64,000 nucleotides of DNA from Octopus vulgaris. Its lineage: Eukaryota. Position numbers and translations under genes: made by a program. Under the pieces are notes generated by a model. It was not told the origin of the DNA and did no database searches. It saw only the letters and a program-made list of their open reading frames with translations. The stretch lies in assembly GCA_951406725.2 (NCBI GenBank), contig OX597835.1, positions 1,798,001-1,862,000 of the forward strand, in the 5' to 3' direction. Positions 33,532-47,983 of the stretch are shown here, one piece after another; the first letter of the stretch is position 1, and every line of letters begins with the position of its first letter.

Positions 33532-34699
33532 GTAAATGTTACGTGTGATTCCGTTGAAGGGAGACTTTCCTGGACGATGAGGGGAGATGGATATAAGTAG
33601 ATCTAACAAATCTTTACATGTCTATAAATTTAGGATTTGGAGAAATGGACGCGCCCGCGCTCACACACACACATATATATATATACCTACACACACATAT
33701 ATATATATATATACATACACGAATACACACATAAACATACACGCTCACATAGAGGCAGCTTGGTGGAGTTAGGAAGCATACCAACACGTTGGAATTTCTC
33801 CGTTTTAACGGGGATTCTTCAGATATTTTTTTACGGTGCCCTTGGAAATGTTCTGGAGTATCTTTAGTAAAAAAAAAAAAAAAAATTGCGAAAAATAGTG
33901 TATTTTTTAACTCCTACCACCACCACCATCTTCTTCCCCTCTCCAGACCGATTTTGGTCGATTTTGCGAGTCGCCTTAAAGCACCTCCCCCCCCCCTGTT
34001 GGGAGTTTTATTTGTCTTTCCTTTGTCATTTTATTTACACGTTTTGAAACCCTTTGTATCATCCTGTCATGTCCTTTAATGTATCTTTATATTAGCCCTT
34101 GTGGCCAATAAAAGAATTAATTATTATTATAAAATGCCAGCTTCCAAATCCTGTTTTTTGATCAGATAAAAATAATCAAACTTCAAACCTCTGTAACATT
34201 TTTCTGAAATTTTTCTTGAACAAGTGAATAACAACATCAGATTTGGCCTGAAAAATTACATCAATATTCCAAATTTTAAAATTTCTAAACTAAAACTAAA
34301 AAGAAAGCTAAACAGAAAAGATCCCCAAAAACATCTGTCTTCAGCTTTTGTAAAGTAAAGGGCTCCATTGACAATTCTCTAATTGAGCCCTGCACTTCCC
34401 AGCGCTGTCCTGGCAACAAAATAGTAACAACAACCACAACAATAATAATAATCCTTTCTATTAAAGGCACAAGGCCTGAAATTTGATGGAAGGGCATTCA
34501 TCAATTACATCAGCTCCAGTGTGACCGAGTAGCACCTTCCCAACAAATTCTAGGCCTTTTAGACAATAACAATAATAATAATAATACTAATCATAATCAT
34601 TTCTACTTTAGGTACAAGGCTTGAAATTTTGGAGGGTGAACTAGTCAATTACATTAACCCCCAGCATTTCACTGGTAATTTATCGAGCCCAAAATGATG

Positions 34700-35020
34700 T
34701 AACAAAAAGCTTCTTTCTCAGAGTGGAAAGCAGATTGTATGATGGATGTGTATGAACAGCTATGCTCCATGGCTGTGAAAAACATTGGGCTATGACCACT
34801 GAGGACAAGCAAAGGCTTGAAAGAAATGAAGTATTATATGTTCCAATGGATGGTTAATGTCAGTGTGCACGTACCACAGAGTGTATGTGATCTGACAGAA
34901 AAATTGGGTATAAAAGGCATCAGATGTGGTGTGCAAAAGAGAAGAGAGTGCTGGTATGGAAATGTGATGCGTATGGATGAGGAGAGTTCCATCAAGAAGT
35001 GCTGATCTCTACTTGTGGAG
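34700..35020 (+). mobile_element. RTE LINE 3' fragment
   Basis: EKLGIKGIRCGVQKRR..WYGNVMRMDEES; homologous to 2520-2800. Confidence 0.75.
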
Positions 35021-35946
35021 AGAACAGTGGTAGCAACAGTGATGACAACAACGACTGGCCATAGTCTAGATGTCCAAACTCTTGGCCAACACTGTTATAA
35101 TTTCTCTTTCTAGAAATCTTAATTGATGATCTCAGAATCTATGCAAAATGCAGCACAATTCCCTAATGTTGCATTATGAAAACATCAATCTATATTTTTG
35201 ACACCAATCTGCCTGAGACCACCTCTGCTTTATAATACTCTTTTACTTGTTTCAGTCATTTGACTGTGGCCATGCTGGAGCATCGCCTTTAGTCAAATCA
35301 AACCAACCCCAGGACTTATTCTTTGTAAGCCTAGTACTTATTCTATCGGGCTCTTTTGCTGAACCGCTAAGTTACGGGGACCCAAACACACCAACATCGG
35401 TTGTCAAGCGATGTTGTGAGGACAAACACAGATACACATCATATACACACACACACACACTCACACACACACACACAAACACACACATACACACGACAGG
35501 CTTCTCTCAGTTTCCATCTAACAAATCCACTCACAAGGCTTTGGTTGGCTCGAGGCTATATAATAGAAGACACTTGCCCAAGGTGCCACACAGTGGAACT
35601 GATCCCAGAACCATGTGGTTCGTAAGCAAGCTACTTACCACACAGCCACTCCTGTGCCTATATACAAACTTTCTGATTTAAAATGGACTAAATTAAAACC
35701 TTCCAATAAAATTTCATGTTTATTTACATTCCAAACACCAGCTTAATTATGACAAAGATATTTTGTCAAAGTCTTCATTATTTTTTTAATTAATTGAAAT
35801 AAAGCAATGTATTTCAACGGAAATTTAGTAACAAAACTGTTAATATTTAATACTTTACAGAAAACAATTTACCAGTGCTAAACAATTTGACAGTCCTGGG
35901 GAAAAGTTTTGAGATAGGCTTACCTGGTGATCAGGTTATCTTCGCA

Positions 35947-36252
35947 ATGAAAACAGAAGAGAAAAACCGTAACAACTCCAGGACGATAAGTAAACCAGAG
36001 AAACTAGAAACAAAAGAGAATTATTTTAGAGATGTGACTCTTGAGTTTCTTCAAGAGAAATTTCGTGATGATGTCGTCTTTGACAAACTATTGTTTGTCT
36101 CCTTTAACAACCAATATCTACGAACACTGGGAGTTTTAAGTGAGTTGGTGACAAATTTACAAGTTTGTAATTTATCTGGTAACTTCCTCACCGATATTTC
36201 AAGTCTGATGTTGTGTCCTAATCTTCAGAAGCTTGATGTTCATGGCAACCAG
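35947..36252 (+). CDS. LRRIQ3: LRRIQ3-like coding exon 1 (exon starts 35861)
   Basis: gcaATG; LRR repeats; CAG|gtaagt donor. Confidence 0.82.
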
Positions 36253-37757
36253 GTAAGTCATTGTACAACTGGTTTCTAGATGTTTATATTTGACTAGCAG
36301 GAGTACACCCTGCAACGTTTGAGTATCGTATCAAAGCAACATATTTATCCCCACTAAAACGAGGGTCTTCTGTTAGAACAAATTGTACTGCAGTAGATAC
36401 GATGAGAAAAACTCTTATGTTTGATGTTTGGTGTAAAATGCATTCTTGTTTCTATTACTAACAGGGGAGATAAATCTCCACCACTTTCAGCATTGAGACC
36501 AGCAGTTCACATGATTTCCACCTTCTTTGGTTTCGTCAGTGATGGATGCTCAACTGCTAGAGGTAACAGTGACTCATCTTCCCCCTGACAATGTATAGAA
36601 AAACTGCCAGAACAAGTCCTGGTCTCACGATTAGCCACTGAGCTTGTTAAAACATGTTTAAAAAATATAAAAACAGGCCCCTGTTGCTAATAAATATTTT
36701 TTAACAGAGTAACATAAAGCAATGATGAGTAGATTCGGTCCTACATTATGAACTATTTGACTAATAATAGGATCTTTGTATATCTTCACTAAAGGAGATA
36801 TTATTGCATAATCTTCATGGTTCCTTAGTCAGATGTTCAGTCCAGAGTCTCAGAATAAACAAATTTGCCATTTTACCCTGTGGTGCCAATGAAGGAGAGA
36901 CTCTCAGCATTTCCAACTCTTGAAATATCAACATGAAGCTGATTGTTTGAAAAGAAAGGATCCACTAGGTTTGGTGCAGCAACTTGGACTGAACTGGTGG
37001 ATCTCCAGGTCCTAAGTCCCAAAGACACAGTTTTAAGGAGATGAGTTGAAATAGATAAGCAAGTGGCATTCTTTAAGAATAACATCAACACCTGGCTCCA
37101 CTTTGGCTATCTTTAGTAGAAGTCTACACTGTTGTAAGTATTTCAGCCAGTTTCAAGCCAACACTCCACCCCCCACCCCACCCACCGCCATCAGTCTTGG
37201 CAGTCTTGTCATGGGTTTTGGACCCTGCCTTTCTGACTAAAAGTTATAAAATTGATCAATCCATTCCTATGATTATAATGATACAATTTTTTCCCTTTCT
37301 TTCTCCTTTAGATAACCAACCTTCCTGGTCATTTAATGTGGTCAAACATGCAGCACTTAGAATTTCTTTATCTCCATGACAACACTTTTGCAAATTTTGG
37401 AGTTGTAAAAAGCATATCTGGCTGCCCCAAACTTCTTGCCCTCACCTTGTATGACACTCCTTTGAGCCTGTGGATTACCTACCGCCACAGTGTTGTCAAT
37501 AGCTTACATTCATTGAAGGCTTTGGATCAGTTTGTCGTTGCAGATGAGGAGATCATCAACGATCTTAATGAGTCACATCGATTCGCTGCTTTTCAGAAGG
37601 AACTCAAGGTTGACCTTTGCCCTCAACAGACACAGGTAACTCTGATTATTCACCAATATAAGTTTTACATGGAAACAGACACGTGCAGACTATGATATAT
37701 GATGTAGGTAGTCTAAGAAGAAGGGGTGTATATGACTGATACTCTTTCATACACACA

Positions 37758-37812
<55 letters not shown>

Positions 37813-40800
37813 AAGGATGGATAACAAAGAGATAACAGACAATTGTGAAACAGAACATATGCAAACTTGGATATTTTCTGCCCAAAAACTATAACCACTT
37901 AAATGGCCAGAACAGATAGCATCTGGGAGTAGTTGAGAAAGAGATAGAAGGAAGGTCGTGGTGGAGTGCCAGAGCAAACTGTCAAGGTGCAAAAAGATGA
38001 GCATAAGAGAGGATAGAGACAGTGGAGGACGAGAGAATGGACCCTTTCTTAAGAATGTGAGTGGGGAATAACAGATGGTTAAAGGTGAGACAGAAGGTGG
38101 ATGTAGTGAATGAGGAAAAATGATGGAGGGACTGGTGCTGAGTTCAAATCCCTCTATGGCCTACACAGGTGGCAGACTTAATCCATGTGAAAGTACTTGG
38201 CTCAGTGGTTAGGGCTTCCAACTGACAACTATAAGGTCGTGAGTTTGATTCCTGTTGGCATGTTGTGTCCTTGAGCAAGACTCTTTATTTCACATTGCTC
38301 CAGTTCACTCAGTTGCTGAAAATGAGTGCTACTTGTATTTGAAAGGGCCAGCCTTGTCATATTCTGTTTCACACTGAATATCCTTCAGGACTGAGTTAAG
38401 GGTACGGATGGGGTGCTCAGCCACTTGCACATTAATTTCACAAGAAGGCTTTTGTAACCAATGGTGTGCAAGTTATAAAAAAAAAATGACTTAATCTATT
38501 GCTTGGTTTAACACCATTGCTTGTCCTTGGGTACTTTTAGTAGAGTCCATTGGACTCTCTGCTTTGAGGACTCTCCAGTCCCCATCTGGAGGCCTGGTAA
38601 AGAGCCTTAGGCTCTATTTTTTCCTCCTGACTAAGATTTTAAAAAATTAAAACATAAACTGTCAAAGTTTACTGCAATTTTAACTTAGCTTTATTTTCCC
38701 TTTTTTTTTTGTAAAGATGAGAAAATCATTAGTACACTAAACAAAAATACTTAGCAGTATTTCTTCCCTTTTGATGGTCTGAGTTCAAATTCTGCTGAGG
38801 TTGACCTAGCCTTTCATGCTTTCAGGGTTAATAAAATAAAGTACTAGTTGACCACTGGGATCAATGTAATTGACCTGGCCCCTCCAATTTTAGGCCTTTT
38901 GTCCATGGCAGAAAGAATTTTCTCTTTTTTGTTGTTATTTTCATTCCTCAGCTTCATTCTGCTGCAACAGAGTTTGAAGAGATAAAGAATTTAAAGAGAA
39001 AAATTAACAACATAATGGCGCATCACAGCCCTGTAATCATTATTCAGAAATGCATTCGAGGTTTCCTGTCTCGGTGTCGGACAGCAGAAGAGTAAGTTAA
39101 CCATGCATAAATGTTTGTTCTTAGCAATTGAAAGTTTGTTTTTTCAGTTTTGAAATTTTACCAATTTTCTCATCTTTTATCTCCTACTCTTTTGCTTGTT
39201 TCAATCTTTGGACTGCGGCCATGCTGGAGCACCACCTTGAAGAGTTTAGTTGAACAAATTGAACCCAGTGCTTATTTTTGAGCCTGGTATTTATTCCATT
39301 GGCGGCGAGCTGGCAGAAATGTTAGCATGCCGGGCAAAATGCTTAGCGGTATTTTGTCTGCATTACGTTGTGAGTTCAAACTTTTAGTTCATGCAATTGA
39401 AAACATCGACATTATTTATGGGATGACCCAATAATCTTTTACTTGTTTCAGTCATTAGACTGCAGCCATTTTAGTTGAACTTATTGAATCTGGTACTTAG
39501 TTTTTGTAAAGCCTGGCACTTATTCTATCGGTCTCTTTTTAGCCAAAGCACTAAGTCATGGGGACGTAAACACACCAACACCAGTTGTCAAGCAATGGTG
39601 GGGGACAAACACATATAGAGACACAGCTGACCTCTTTCAGTTTCCATCTACCAAATCCAAAGTTACTGTCCCAAGATGTGTCTTTGTGTTTTTGTGTCAG
39701 TGTTTTGTCCTCCCCACACCCCTTGTTAACATCCCCTTAATGTAGCAGTTCAGCAAAAGAGACTGATAGAATGAGCACCAGACTTAGAAAAAAAAATAAC
39801 GTACCAGAGTCAATTCATTCAACTAAAAAAAATTCTTCAAGGCTGTGCTCCAGCATTGCCACTGTCTAATGACTGCAACAAATAAAAAAAAGGGACCTAT
39901 GCACTTTATGCTGTATTACTTATAGGTACCATTTGACCCTCAACTGTTGTGAGTGTCTGAATATTTAAGATTAGTCCAATGTTCAGAACACTCCTGAGAT
40001 CCACTACATTTTAGGTAAAAGACTTACAAGCTACCAATTCTGGTCCTGTGATTCTACATTTACTAAAATACTAAACTCACCAAATTGAATACAACCAAAT
40101 AAGGTACAACACTCTACTATTTCAATTGTCTTTACTACCCTCACATACCTAACATTTCCACTCAACAGAAAATACAGCAACTTTTTAGAAGCTTTCTTTT
40201 GTTTTAGACTGATTAAACATGAAGTAAACCATTTGGAGCTGACACATCCCCTGCAATTAACCAGCTCAACAATCTATTCTGTATTGCTGCCACATAAAGA
40301 AGTGAAACATCAAAGAGAAGGGCAAAAGCTATTCAATCCAAAATCAGAGTTGATGTCGGTTCCAATTTCCATTCCCAGGTCACAAGTATGTAAAATTTAT
40401 TCCAGTTTGTGTTAGCTTTAAATATGACGGGTCCAGAGTCACCTTTCTTCTGAGGGAGGGATATTGTCAATGAAATCCACTCTGCTATTTGACTGGTGCT
40501 TCATTTTATTGACTCTGGAAAGATAAAAAGCAAAATGTGATATTGGTTGCTAAAGTTGGCACAAATTTTGGACAGATGGTTGAAAGGCTCAAAGCAGATT
40601 TATCAAAGCCCAGTACATTTATGCTTTTGCCCCTGGTGAGATTTGAAATTAGAAATGTAGAGGGATGAATATAAAGACAATAAGGAAGTTAGTCCTGTCA
40701 CACAACAATTTGCCATTCTACAGTGCTGTCTTTCAAAATAAGAATTCCTTACATTGGCAAGATGTCAAATTAGCAGAGTCGCCTGGCTACACTCTGGATT

Positions 40801-43153
40801 CAAATCTCTGCTTTCTTTCCAAGAAATATTGATTTCAAGTTTTAGCACAAGGCCAGCAATTTTAGGGTAGAAGGCAAGTCAATTACATCAGCCCCCAGTG
40901 CTCAACTGGTACTCTTTTTATTGACCCCGAAAGGATGAAAGGCAAAATCAACCTCAATGGAATTTGAATTCAGAACCTGAAGACAAATGAAATGCTGCTA
41001 AGCATTTTGCCTGGTGTGCTGACCATTCTGCTAGGCTCACCATCTTCTTTCCAAGAAATATTAAAATGAAATTCCAAATCAGGGTGCAGGAAATTAGTGG
41101 AACTGTTAGAGTACTGGATGAGGTGCCTTGTGGAGTTCATTTCAACCCTTTACGCTCCAATTTCTTGGGTGTTGGCTGTAATCCATCACTTAGTGTAACA
41201 CAACTGTCGGGTCCTTGGGTAGCTTTAGCAGAGTTTAGTTTCATGATAACTTTCTCTCATCATCCCACCCACCTCTTCCTTCCGTGACTAAACAGTTGAT
41301 TGCTTCACCAATTCTGTTATTTACCATCCTTCTTAAGAATTCTAATTCAGGACAGTAAAACATTTGATCCAAGAAAGTGAGAAAAAAACAGGAGGAATTA
41401 AATATTTTCTAAATAAATATTTCTCTTAGAATTATTCTTGAAGAAATAGTTTCTAAGAAAATATTTTTACCATTTAGTTATTCATGCATGTAGATCAAAG
41501 CCCGGGGAGTCTCTCTGAGTCACTACTTCTCTGCACTGAGAGGTCACAGCTTTGGCACTATAGACATACGATTAAAATATCACAAGAAAGAATTGCACGG
41601 CAGATTCTTCAAGCCAAACCAACTGGCAAGAGACCTGAGGCTGGGAATCGGATGGTTTGATGCATGATTTCAATTGGTCGTGTTTTGGAATCCAGCAAGT
41701 AAGTCTAACGATGGTTACTTCTAATAAGTCCTATAGCAGAGGTTCTCTGTGGCTCTACCCACTGTGATCCTCTATAGACATTATGGGTAGAAGGGAGAGG
41801 AGATGAAGAAATGAATGAATTACTCATGTCACGAAGAAACATTTTCTAAAACAAAAATATTCTAGACTGTTCTTGTTCTAAACTTTGATTTTGTCTAATA
41901 AAGAATTTTTCTATTTTATTTTCATGTCTTCTCCATAGAACTTGCCAAGTCCAATAAGTGTCAGTTGTATGAGCATTGAACAAGATTCTCCCAGGGTAGA
42001 CACAAGTGAGGACAGTTGCACTTCTTGTGAAAACATTGTTGAAATTGGTAAAAAGCAGGATCAAAATAAGAATGTTGCAATATTGCTGAACAGAAGGAAC
42101 AAAAAACTGAGCAAGTCTAAGAACTTCAAGTGGCAAACTTTGAGAGAAAAATCCGAAGACTATTTTGCTTTTAGTTTTATTGGCGAAGATATTCCAATTT
42201 CCACTTTGCATTTACAGGGATACAGTAAGCCGATTCATCAAGTTTATGCATTCAGCAATATGATGATGGAAAACCAACTTGTCAGCTCTGCTATAAGATC
42301 AGCACATGACAGCTATCATAGAATACCTGATGTGCCAAAACTGGAACCAAGGAAAATTCCTGTGGAGGTGTTTCTGTCACAGAAGAGAGAGATGAGGAAA
42401 GAAAGCATGTATAAAAGACTTTTTAAGCACATCAACAAGTCTTGTCTGTTTGCAGTTCAGAGGGCTTATGAAGACCAGTGGCAAGCAGACAAAAACAAGA
42501 TTAAACTGGACGAGGTGTACGAGCGAAAGTTAGAGGAGCAGGAGAGGAGGCAAAACTTTGTAGAAAGGGAGCGCCAGAAATATTTCCTGAAGCTAGGGAA
42601 GAATGAACAAGGAAAATTACAGATGAATCAATGGAATGAGAAGAGAGCTGCAGAGAACAAGAAGCAAATGGAAGTGTTGCAAATGAAAAGGTTTGATTCT
42701 TCTCGGATAACATCTGAGAGAGAAGCAGAAAAGAAGTTCACCAAAGATTTTTCCTGCCAGCAACTTTCTCTGTCCAGGTCTTTGTTACGACACAATTTTG
42801 GTAAGTCTGCAAGTAAAGGGAAGCAATCAAAAACGTATCTGGTGAAATCAATTCATCTCAGTGAACAAGAGAAGTTTGAAAGCATCCAAGATTACATTCT
42901 TAACTCGCAGGAAAGGAAACGGGTTGAGAGTAATATTGCAAAATGTGAAATGATAGATTCACAACATTTTGCCAAAGTAAGCAATCCAGAAGAACCAAAG
43001 GACCCAGAGGAACATATGAAGGCAAGTCATTTGAAAGATAGAGTAGATGTATATCCATTCTCAGTAGTAAGTTTGAACAAACTGAATATAATAAAACCCA
43101 AGAAAACATCTAAAATGAAACATGACAATCCAGACATGGCAACTCAAGTTTGA
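35947..43153 (+). CDS. LRRIQ3: Leucine-rich repeat and IQ domain-containing protein 3-like, 5 coding exons, ~720 aa
   Basis: join(35947-36252,37312-37635,38952-39091,40208-40385,41939-43153) = 2163 nt, phases 0/0/2/0 consistent. LRRs (LQVCNLSGNFL, LQKLDVHGNQI, LEFLYLHDN), LRRcap (LTLYDTPL..YRHSVVNSLHSLKALD..VVADEEII), IQ motif (SPVIIIQKCIRGFLSR), charged coiled-coil C-terminus. Confidence 0.85.
37312..37635 (+). CDS. LRRIQ3: LRRIQ3-like coding exon 2
   Basis: tttag acceptor; ITNLPGHLMWSNMQHLEFLYLHDN...; CAG|gtaact. Confidence 0.9.
38952..39091 (+). CDS. LRRIQ3: LRRIQ3-like coding exon 3 (IQ motif)
   Basis: ctcag acceptor; INNIMAHHSPVIIIQKCIRGFLSR; GA|gtaagt. Confidence 0.88.
40208..40385 (+). 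CDS. LRRIQ3: LRRIQ3-like coding exon 4
   Basis: ttttag acceptor (phase 2), open frame, CAA|gtatgt donor (phase 0). It bridges the phases of its neighbours but has no recognisable motif. Confidence 0.65.
41939..43153 (+). CDS. LRRIQ3: LRRIQ3-like last coding exon
   Basis: ccatag acceptor, 404-codon open frame (LFAVQRAYED, KKFTKDFSCQQLSLSRSLLRH); AATAAA at 43177-43182. Confidence 0.85.
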   Translation, partial: NLPSPISVSCMSIEQDSPRVDTSEDSCTSCENIVEIGKKQDQNKNVAILLNRRNKKLSKSKNFKWQTLREKSEDYFAFSFIGEDIPISTLHLQGYSKPIHQVYAFSNMMMENQLVSSAIRSAHDSYHRIPDVPKLEPRKIPVEVFLSQKREMRKESMYKRLFKHINKSCLFAVQRAYEDQWQADKNKIKLDEVYERKLEEQERRQNFVERERQKYFLKLGKNEQGKLQMNQWNEKRAAENKKQMEVLQMKRFDSSRITSEREAEKKFTKDFSCQQLSLSRSLLRHNFGKSASKGKQSKTYLVKSIHLSEQEKFESIQDYILNSQERKRVESNIAKCEMIDSQHFAKVSNPEEPKDPEEHMKASHLKDRVDVYPFSVVSLNKLNIIKPKKTSKMKHDNPDMATQV

Positions 43154-43849
43154 TAGAAGTTTGTTTGGAAATCAAGAATAAAAAAATTAAAAATTAGAAA
43201 CTCACCAACTATTTTTTATTTGTTATCTTTCACTTGTTTCAGTCATTAGACTGTGGCCATTCTGGGGCACTGCCTTGGAGAATTTTTTAATCAAATTAAT
43301 TGACCCCAGTACTTATTTTTTTAAACCTGGTTCTTACTCTATTTTCTCTTTTGCCAAACTGCTAAGTCATGGGGACATAAACACACTAGCACAAAGACAC
43401 ACACACACACACATATATATGACAGGCTTCTTTCAGTTTCTGTTAACCAGATCCACTCACAAAGCCCAAGGTTATTGTGGAAGACACTTACCCAATGTGC
43501 TGTGCAGTGACACAGAACCTGGAACAAACATGTGGTTGGAAAGCAAGCTTCTTCCTACATGGCCACGTCTGTGCCTCTTACTTATTATTATCATGAGTTG
43601 CTTCTTTAGAGATATTAACAATCATTTTGTTTGACCCCTTTTCCATATTTCCATGGGTCAGACAAAATTTGTCAAGACAGATTTTTACTACAGATGGTTG
43701 CTGCTCTTGTCACTTACTAATCCTCATCAGTTTCCAAGAACCCCTTTCAGATCTCCAAAGAGATACCCTACATATGACCTCATATGTCGCTGATCCCCTA
43801 CACATGACCTCATCCTGCCATCTACCACTCTGAGCCCGGTGTTTCATCT

Positions 43850-45050
43850 CCAGCTCTCAACCATTCTTGCAGTTACTAATGTTGATGTGCAACACGTACC
43901 CATGAGGGCTTAGGCTTCCCTCGCCCCCTCCCCACACACCAAAAGCCTCACTACAAGCGACGACCAGTGGTGTGCCTTCAATTGGTTGTGGAGGGAACTA
44001 GTGGCACAGTAGTTCCCCTCTGCTCATTTCCTGGCTTGCAGTTATTCACTATGTAGGACTGCATTCATAACACACCACCATTGGCTTCGGTTCCATGCAT
44101 TCCCTGTCCATGTGCGGACCTCTACATCTGAAGCATGGTCCCTTGGCCATTTGCCTCATCAGACTCTGGCTGTTGTTGTTCTCCACCTGCCTGTTCATCC
44201 TGTCATCACTGTTGCTGCTACATTGTGTGAGTCACTTTGCAACAATACCCACGATTTGTCGATCATCTCCTCTACAGACGTTGTTTTGATGTTCAGTATC
44301 TGCTGCAGGCATAAAAGGGATATGGTCAGGGAAGTCAGTCACAAAACCCAGCTTCACCGTCTGCTCCAGTAAACCCTGCTAGGCCCACCAACCTCCTAGT
44401 CTCACTCACATAGTCGTCTACTTGCTTGCTCGTCCATCTCATTCTCTCAAGCTTGCTGTAGGCTTTAAAAGCCCCCTTCATGGATGTGTCCTTCAATTTT
44501 TTTCTACTTTCTCTTGGTCCACTCTCCAAGTAGAGATTCAGTGCTCTGCCTTCTAGATACAACGGCATAAGGCTAACCACATCTATTCCCTGCAGCTTCA
44601 CCACGAGTCTCACCTTCTTTATCCAGGCCACCACATTGCCTTCCTCAGGAAATGGTTTCAATACATTGCTACCAATTCTGATTTCTGTGGCCATTGCGAA
44701 AAAACAAAACAAGAGCAAGAGAAACAGAAAATTCTTGAAACTCTTCTTCTTCGACTGTTGAAAGATGACTTGTTACGTACAATAAATAAGATCACCAGAC
44801 AACAGTAAAAACAATGTAACAAACTAACAAATCTCTTCAGGAACCAACAATCAATATTCCTTGTGAACCAACCAACCGACACATTCTGACTTCACTGCAA
44901 ACTAACACGAACTTCACTTGACTCCGAACTCTGAACCTTTTAACTCACTTGGACCATTGCTATTTATACTTTACTCAGACCAGTCTATCTCTCGCAAGGG
45001 GGCATCGTAATTCTCACCATAATATGGATGTATCCTCACAGCTGGTAACG
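43850..45050 (-). mobile_element. Gypsy LTR retrotransposon 5' fragment (probable LTR + degenerate gag)
   Basis: KPF..EGNVVAWIKKVRLVVKLQGI..VSLMPLYLEG.AL.LYLE; zinc knuckle CFRCRGPHMDREC at ~44097-44137. Confidence 0.75.
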
Positions 45051-47930
45051 TGCCAAAATAGCTTGTGGTTTAAGGGCATAAGAATAGAGTTGATTTTACC
45101 TTGACTTGCAATCAGGTACCACCAATAGATCATTCAGTTATCACATGTTGACTTGGCCAATCTCTTCCCACCACATCTGGACTCTGCCACTGATCACCTA
45201 AAAAGAAAGACTTTTGTTGTCACTTACCGATATGACATCATCTTATCCCTTCTGGTCTTGTGCCATCTCTGCCTCTCCCTTCCGGTCAATTACCCTTCTA
45301 CAACACACACACTTATATACATATGTACCAGATATGATGGCAAATGACTTTCTTTCTCCAAAAACGTCTGAAACACACATCCTGGATTCCATATGAAGAG
45401 CTGAGCCTCCCATTCGTTCACTTTGCCTGACACTCACTATTTTAGGCTAATTTTAATCCAGACGGTCTTTCTCTTTCTAACCTGACTCAGTAATAATAAT
45501 ATTTACATAAATAACATCATTATTATTTGTACTGCTGAAGGAATTACTATCACAACAGTGGACCAGCGATGTTTGTCAGTACCAGCCAATCCATTAGAAG
45601 TAAATATGCTTACATAGACTCCTACCGATTATAAAGCACAAAGGGGCATAACTGGAATCGTTATTGGTGAAACACTAACCTAGGAAACTGCTCCAGTACA
45701 GAGAGAGAGGGGCAACAGGGTAACAGCATTAGTAGGAGAGGTAGGGAAGGTGAAGGGGGGGTGAAGTATTGTGTCAGAATAAAACTAAGGGATACGAAGC
45801 GAAGAGCAGTAAAGTCAAAAGCATTTATGAATATAACAGGAGAAAATGAACAAGTTATAGAAAAAGTAATAATTGAGAAACGAATACAAAGAAAATGAAA
45901 AAAGCTGAGGAAGTGTGAAAAGGTTGGATTCTAATAAATGGATGAAGTGTTAGGAAACTCCCGAAAGAGAAGTTTTTGGACATTCCTTTAAATTCTGTTT
46001 GGAAGACTTGAAGATCAAAGTTCACAATTTATGCTATGTTGAGGTTATCACTGATTACGATTAAGAAAAAAATACATATTCCAACACTAAGCAGAGGCCA
46101 TGACTGTTGTGAAAAGTTTGCTTCCTAACCATATGGCTCCCAATTTCAGTTCACTGCATGGCCCCTTGGGCATCTTCTTCTATAGTCCCACAGTGACCAA
46201 AGGTTTGAGTAGATCTAGGTGTAATCTGAAAGCAACCTGTTGTGTATGTATACACGTGTGTGTTTGTTTCCTCTCCTGACATTGTATGGTAGTTGTAAAG
46301 CGGTTGTGACTATCAAAGATGCAATGGCATTCACTTCTGAGAGTCTTGCTGACAGAAAGGCCCTTCAACCAGAGAAAATCTGCTTCAATAAATTCTGACA
46401 TGCCAAAATGGAAAAGTGGATGTAGAAGGACGATGATGAATGATCATTGTGTATTCCTCTTTTATTTTTTATTTATGTGCCCTTTCAAGCCTAGCCAGGC
46501 TCATGGGCCCGGCTTCCCGGTTCCTGTGGCGTATGCGTTCCCCCCAGCTGGACAGGACACCAGTCTGTTGCAGCATTACTCAAGAAACAGGAAGAGAGAA
46601 AGTTGGGGCAAAATAGTACAACAGGGGTCGCCACCCCCTCCTGCTGGAACCTCATGGAGCTTTAGGTTGTTTTTGCTCAATAAACACACACAACACCCGG
46701 TCTGGGAATCGAAACTGCAAGTCCACTGGGCCATTGTACCTCCGTATTTAATGTTAAAGTTGAATCATTAGGGATCAGCTGTTTTAACCCTAAAACAACT
46801 TGACTTTCTCTGCAGCTTTACTTGCAAACTAAATTGCCGCCTTCTTTGCCTGACCCTATAAAACCCAATTGGTTTAGGACTTTGAAGAGGAGGTAATCAG
46901 TAGGGCCTCAACAACCCACCACTATGTAGACTCATACACTTTCCAGCCATTTCTCTGCTGGTTCTTTTACATTACTTCTCGTTGGCTTCTTCAATATTCT
47001 CTTCTCAGAGCAGTTTTAGGCAGGGGGGGGGGGGGAGGAAGGAACTTGTGAAGAATTAAAGTAGCATTAAAAGCAACAATTACCATTGGGATAAAATGGA
47101 AGATACATAAAAGAGAGAAGTGAGTGTGTAATTCCTTTCTACAGGTAGGTAGAGACACTACAAGTGTTTCAGTATACGGTAGCAAGCCCCCAACTTAGAG
47201 ACTCCAGTGGGTTTTATTGGAAGGAAGAGGTTGTGTCAAGAATAACAAAAGCAAGAACAGATGTCGATAATCATAAACGAAATACTTTAATGAAAGAAAT
47301 TGATTCTTTTGAGTGTTGCATAGAATATTTTTTAACTGGAGGAAAGTAAAACAAAAGAAAAAAAAAAAACTCAAACCTTTATCATTAAAGCTGGTAGAAA
47401 TTAAAATAAAAAAAAACTAAAAAGTTAAAATCAATAAAATATCAAAATAAATTACCAAAAACCAACTGTATTCACTTAAGGAAAGTCTATTCACAAATGA
47501 TACTTTCGCTAAATATCTCATTTCAATGTAAAAATAAATATCAACATACTTCTAGAGTTTACCACTTTATATATATTCTTTCAATCTCTTCAGGGCAAAT
47601 GCCTCTGAATGTGCTTGTAAAAGCTCCTATGCTGCTTCTTCTGGTCGGCTACTGCCTGCTGTTCCCATCTTCCCGAGTGGGATGTTTATATATGAACTCC
47701 TTTCAATTTAGGATAACATTGGTCCAGCAAAAAAACCATTAATATTAAATGCCTGAAGAAGCATCTACATGGAATAAAGATAGGCTCAAGATCCATAGAT
47801 ATATTATAAATGATATCCTATGGATGTGAGAACAGTCACAAATATACATGTGCTATGTAGAAACATATATGGCAAGGCATTAATAAAGTAGAAAAATTTC
47901 CATCCACAAATCATTTTTGTCATTACTATA

Positions 47931-47983
<53 letters not shown>

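Noticed and set aside
47750-47790. CTGAAGA in a small hairpin as a hammerhead candidate
   Set aside because: No correctly placed GAAA or stem III.
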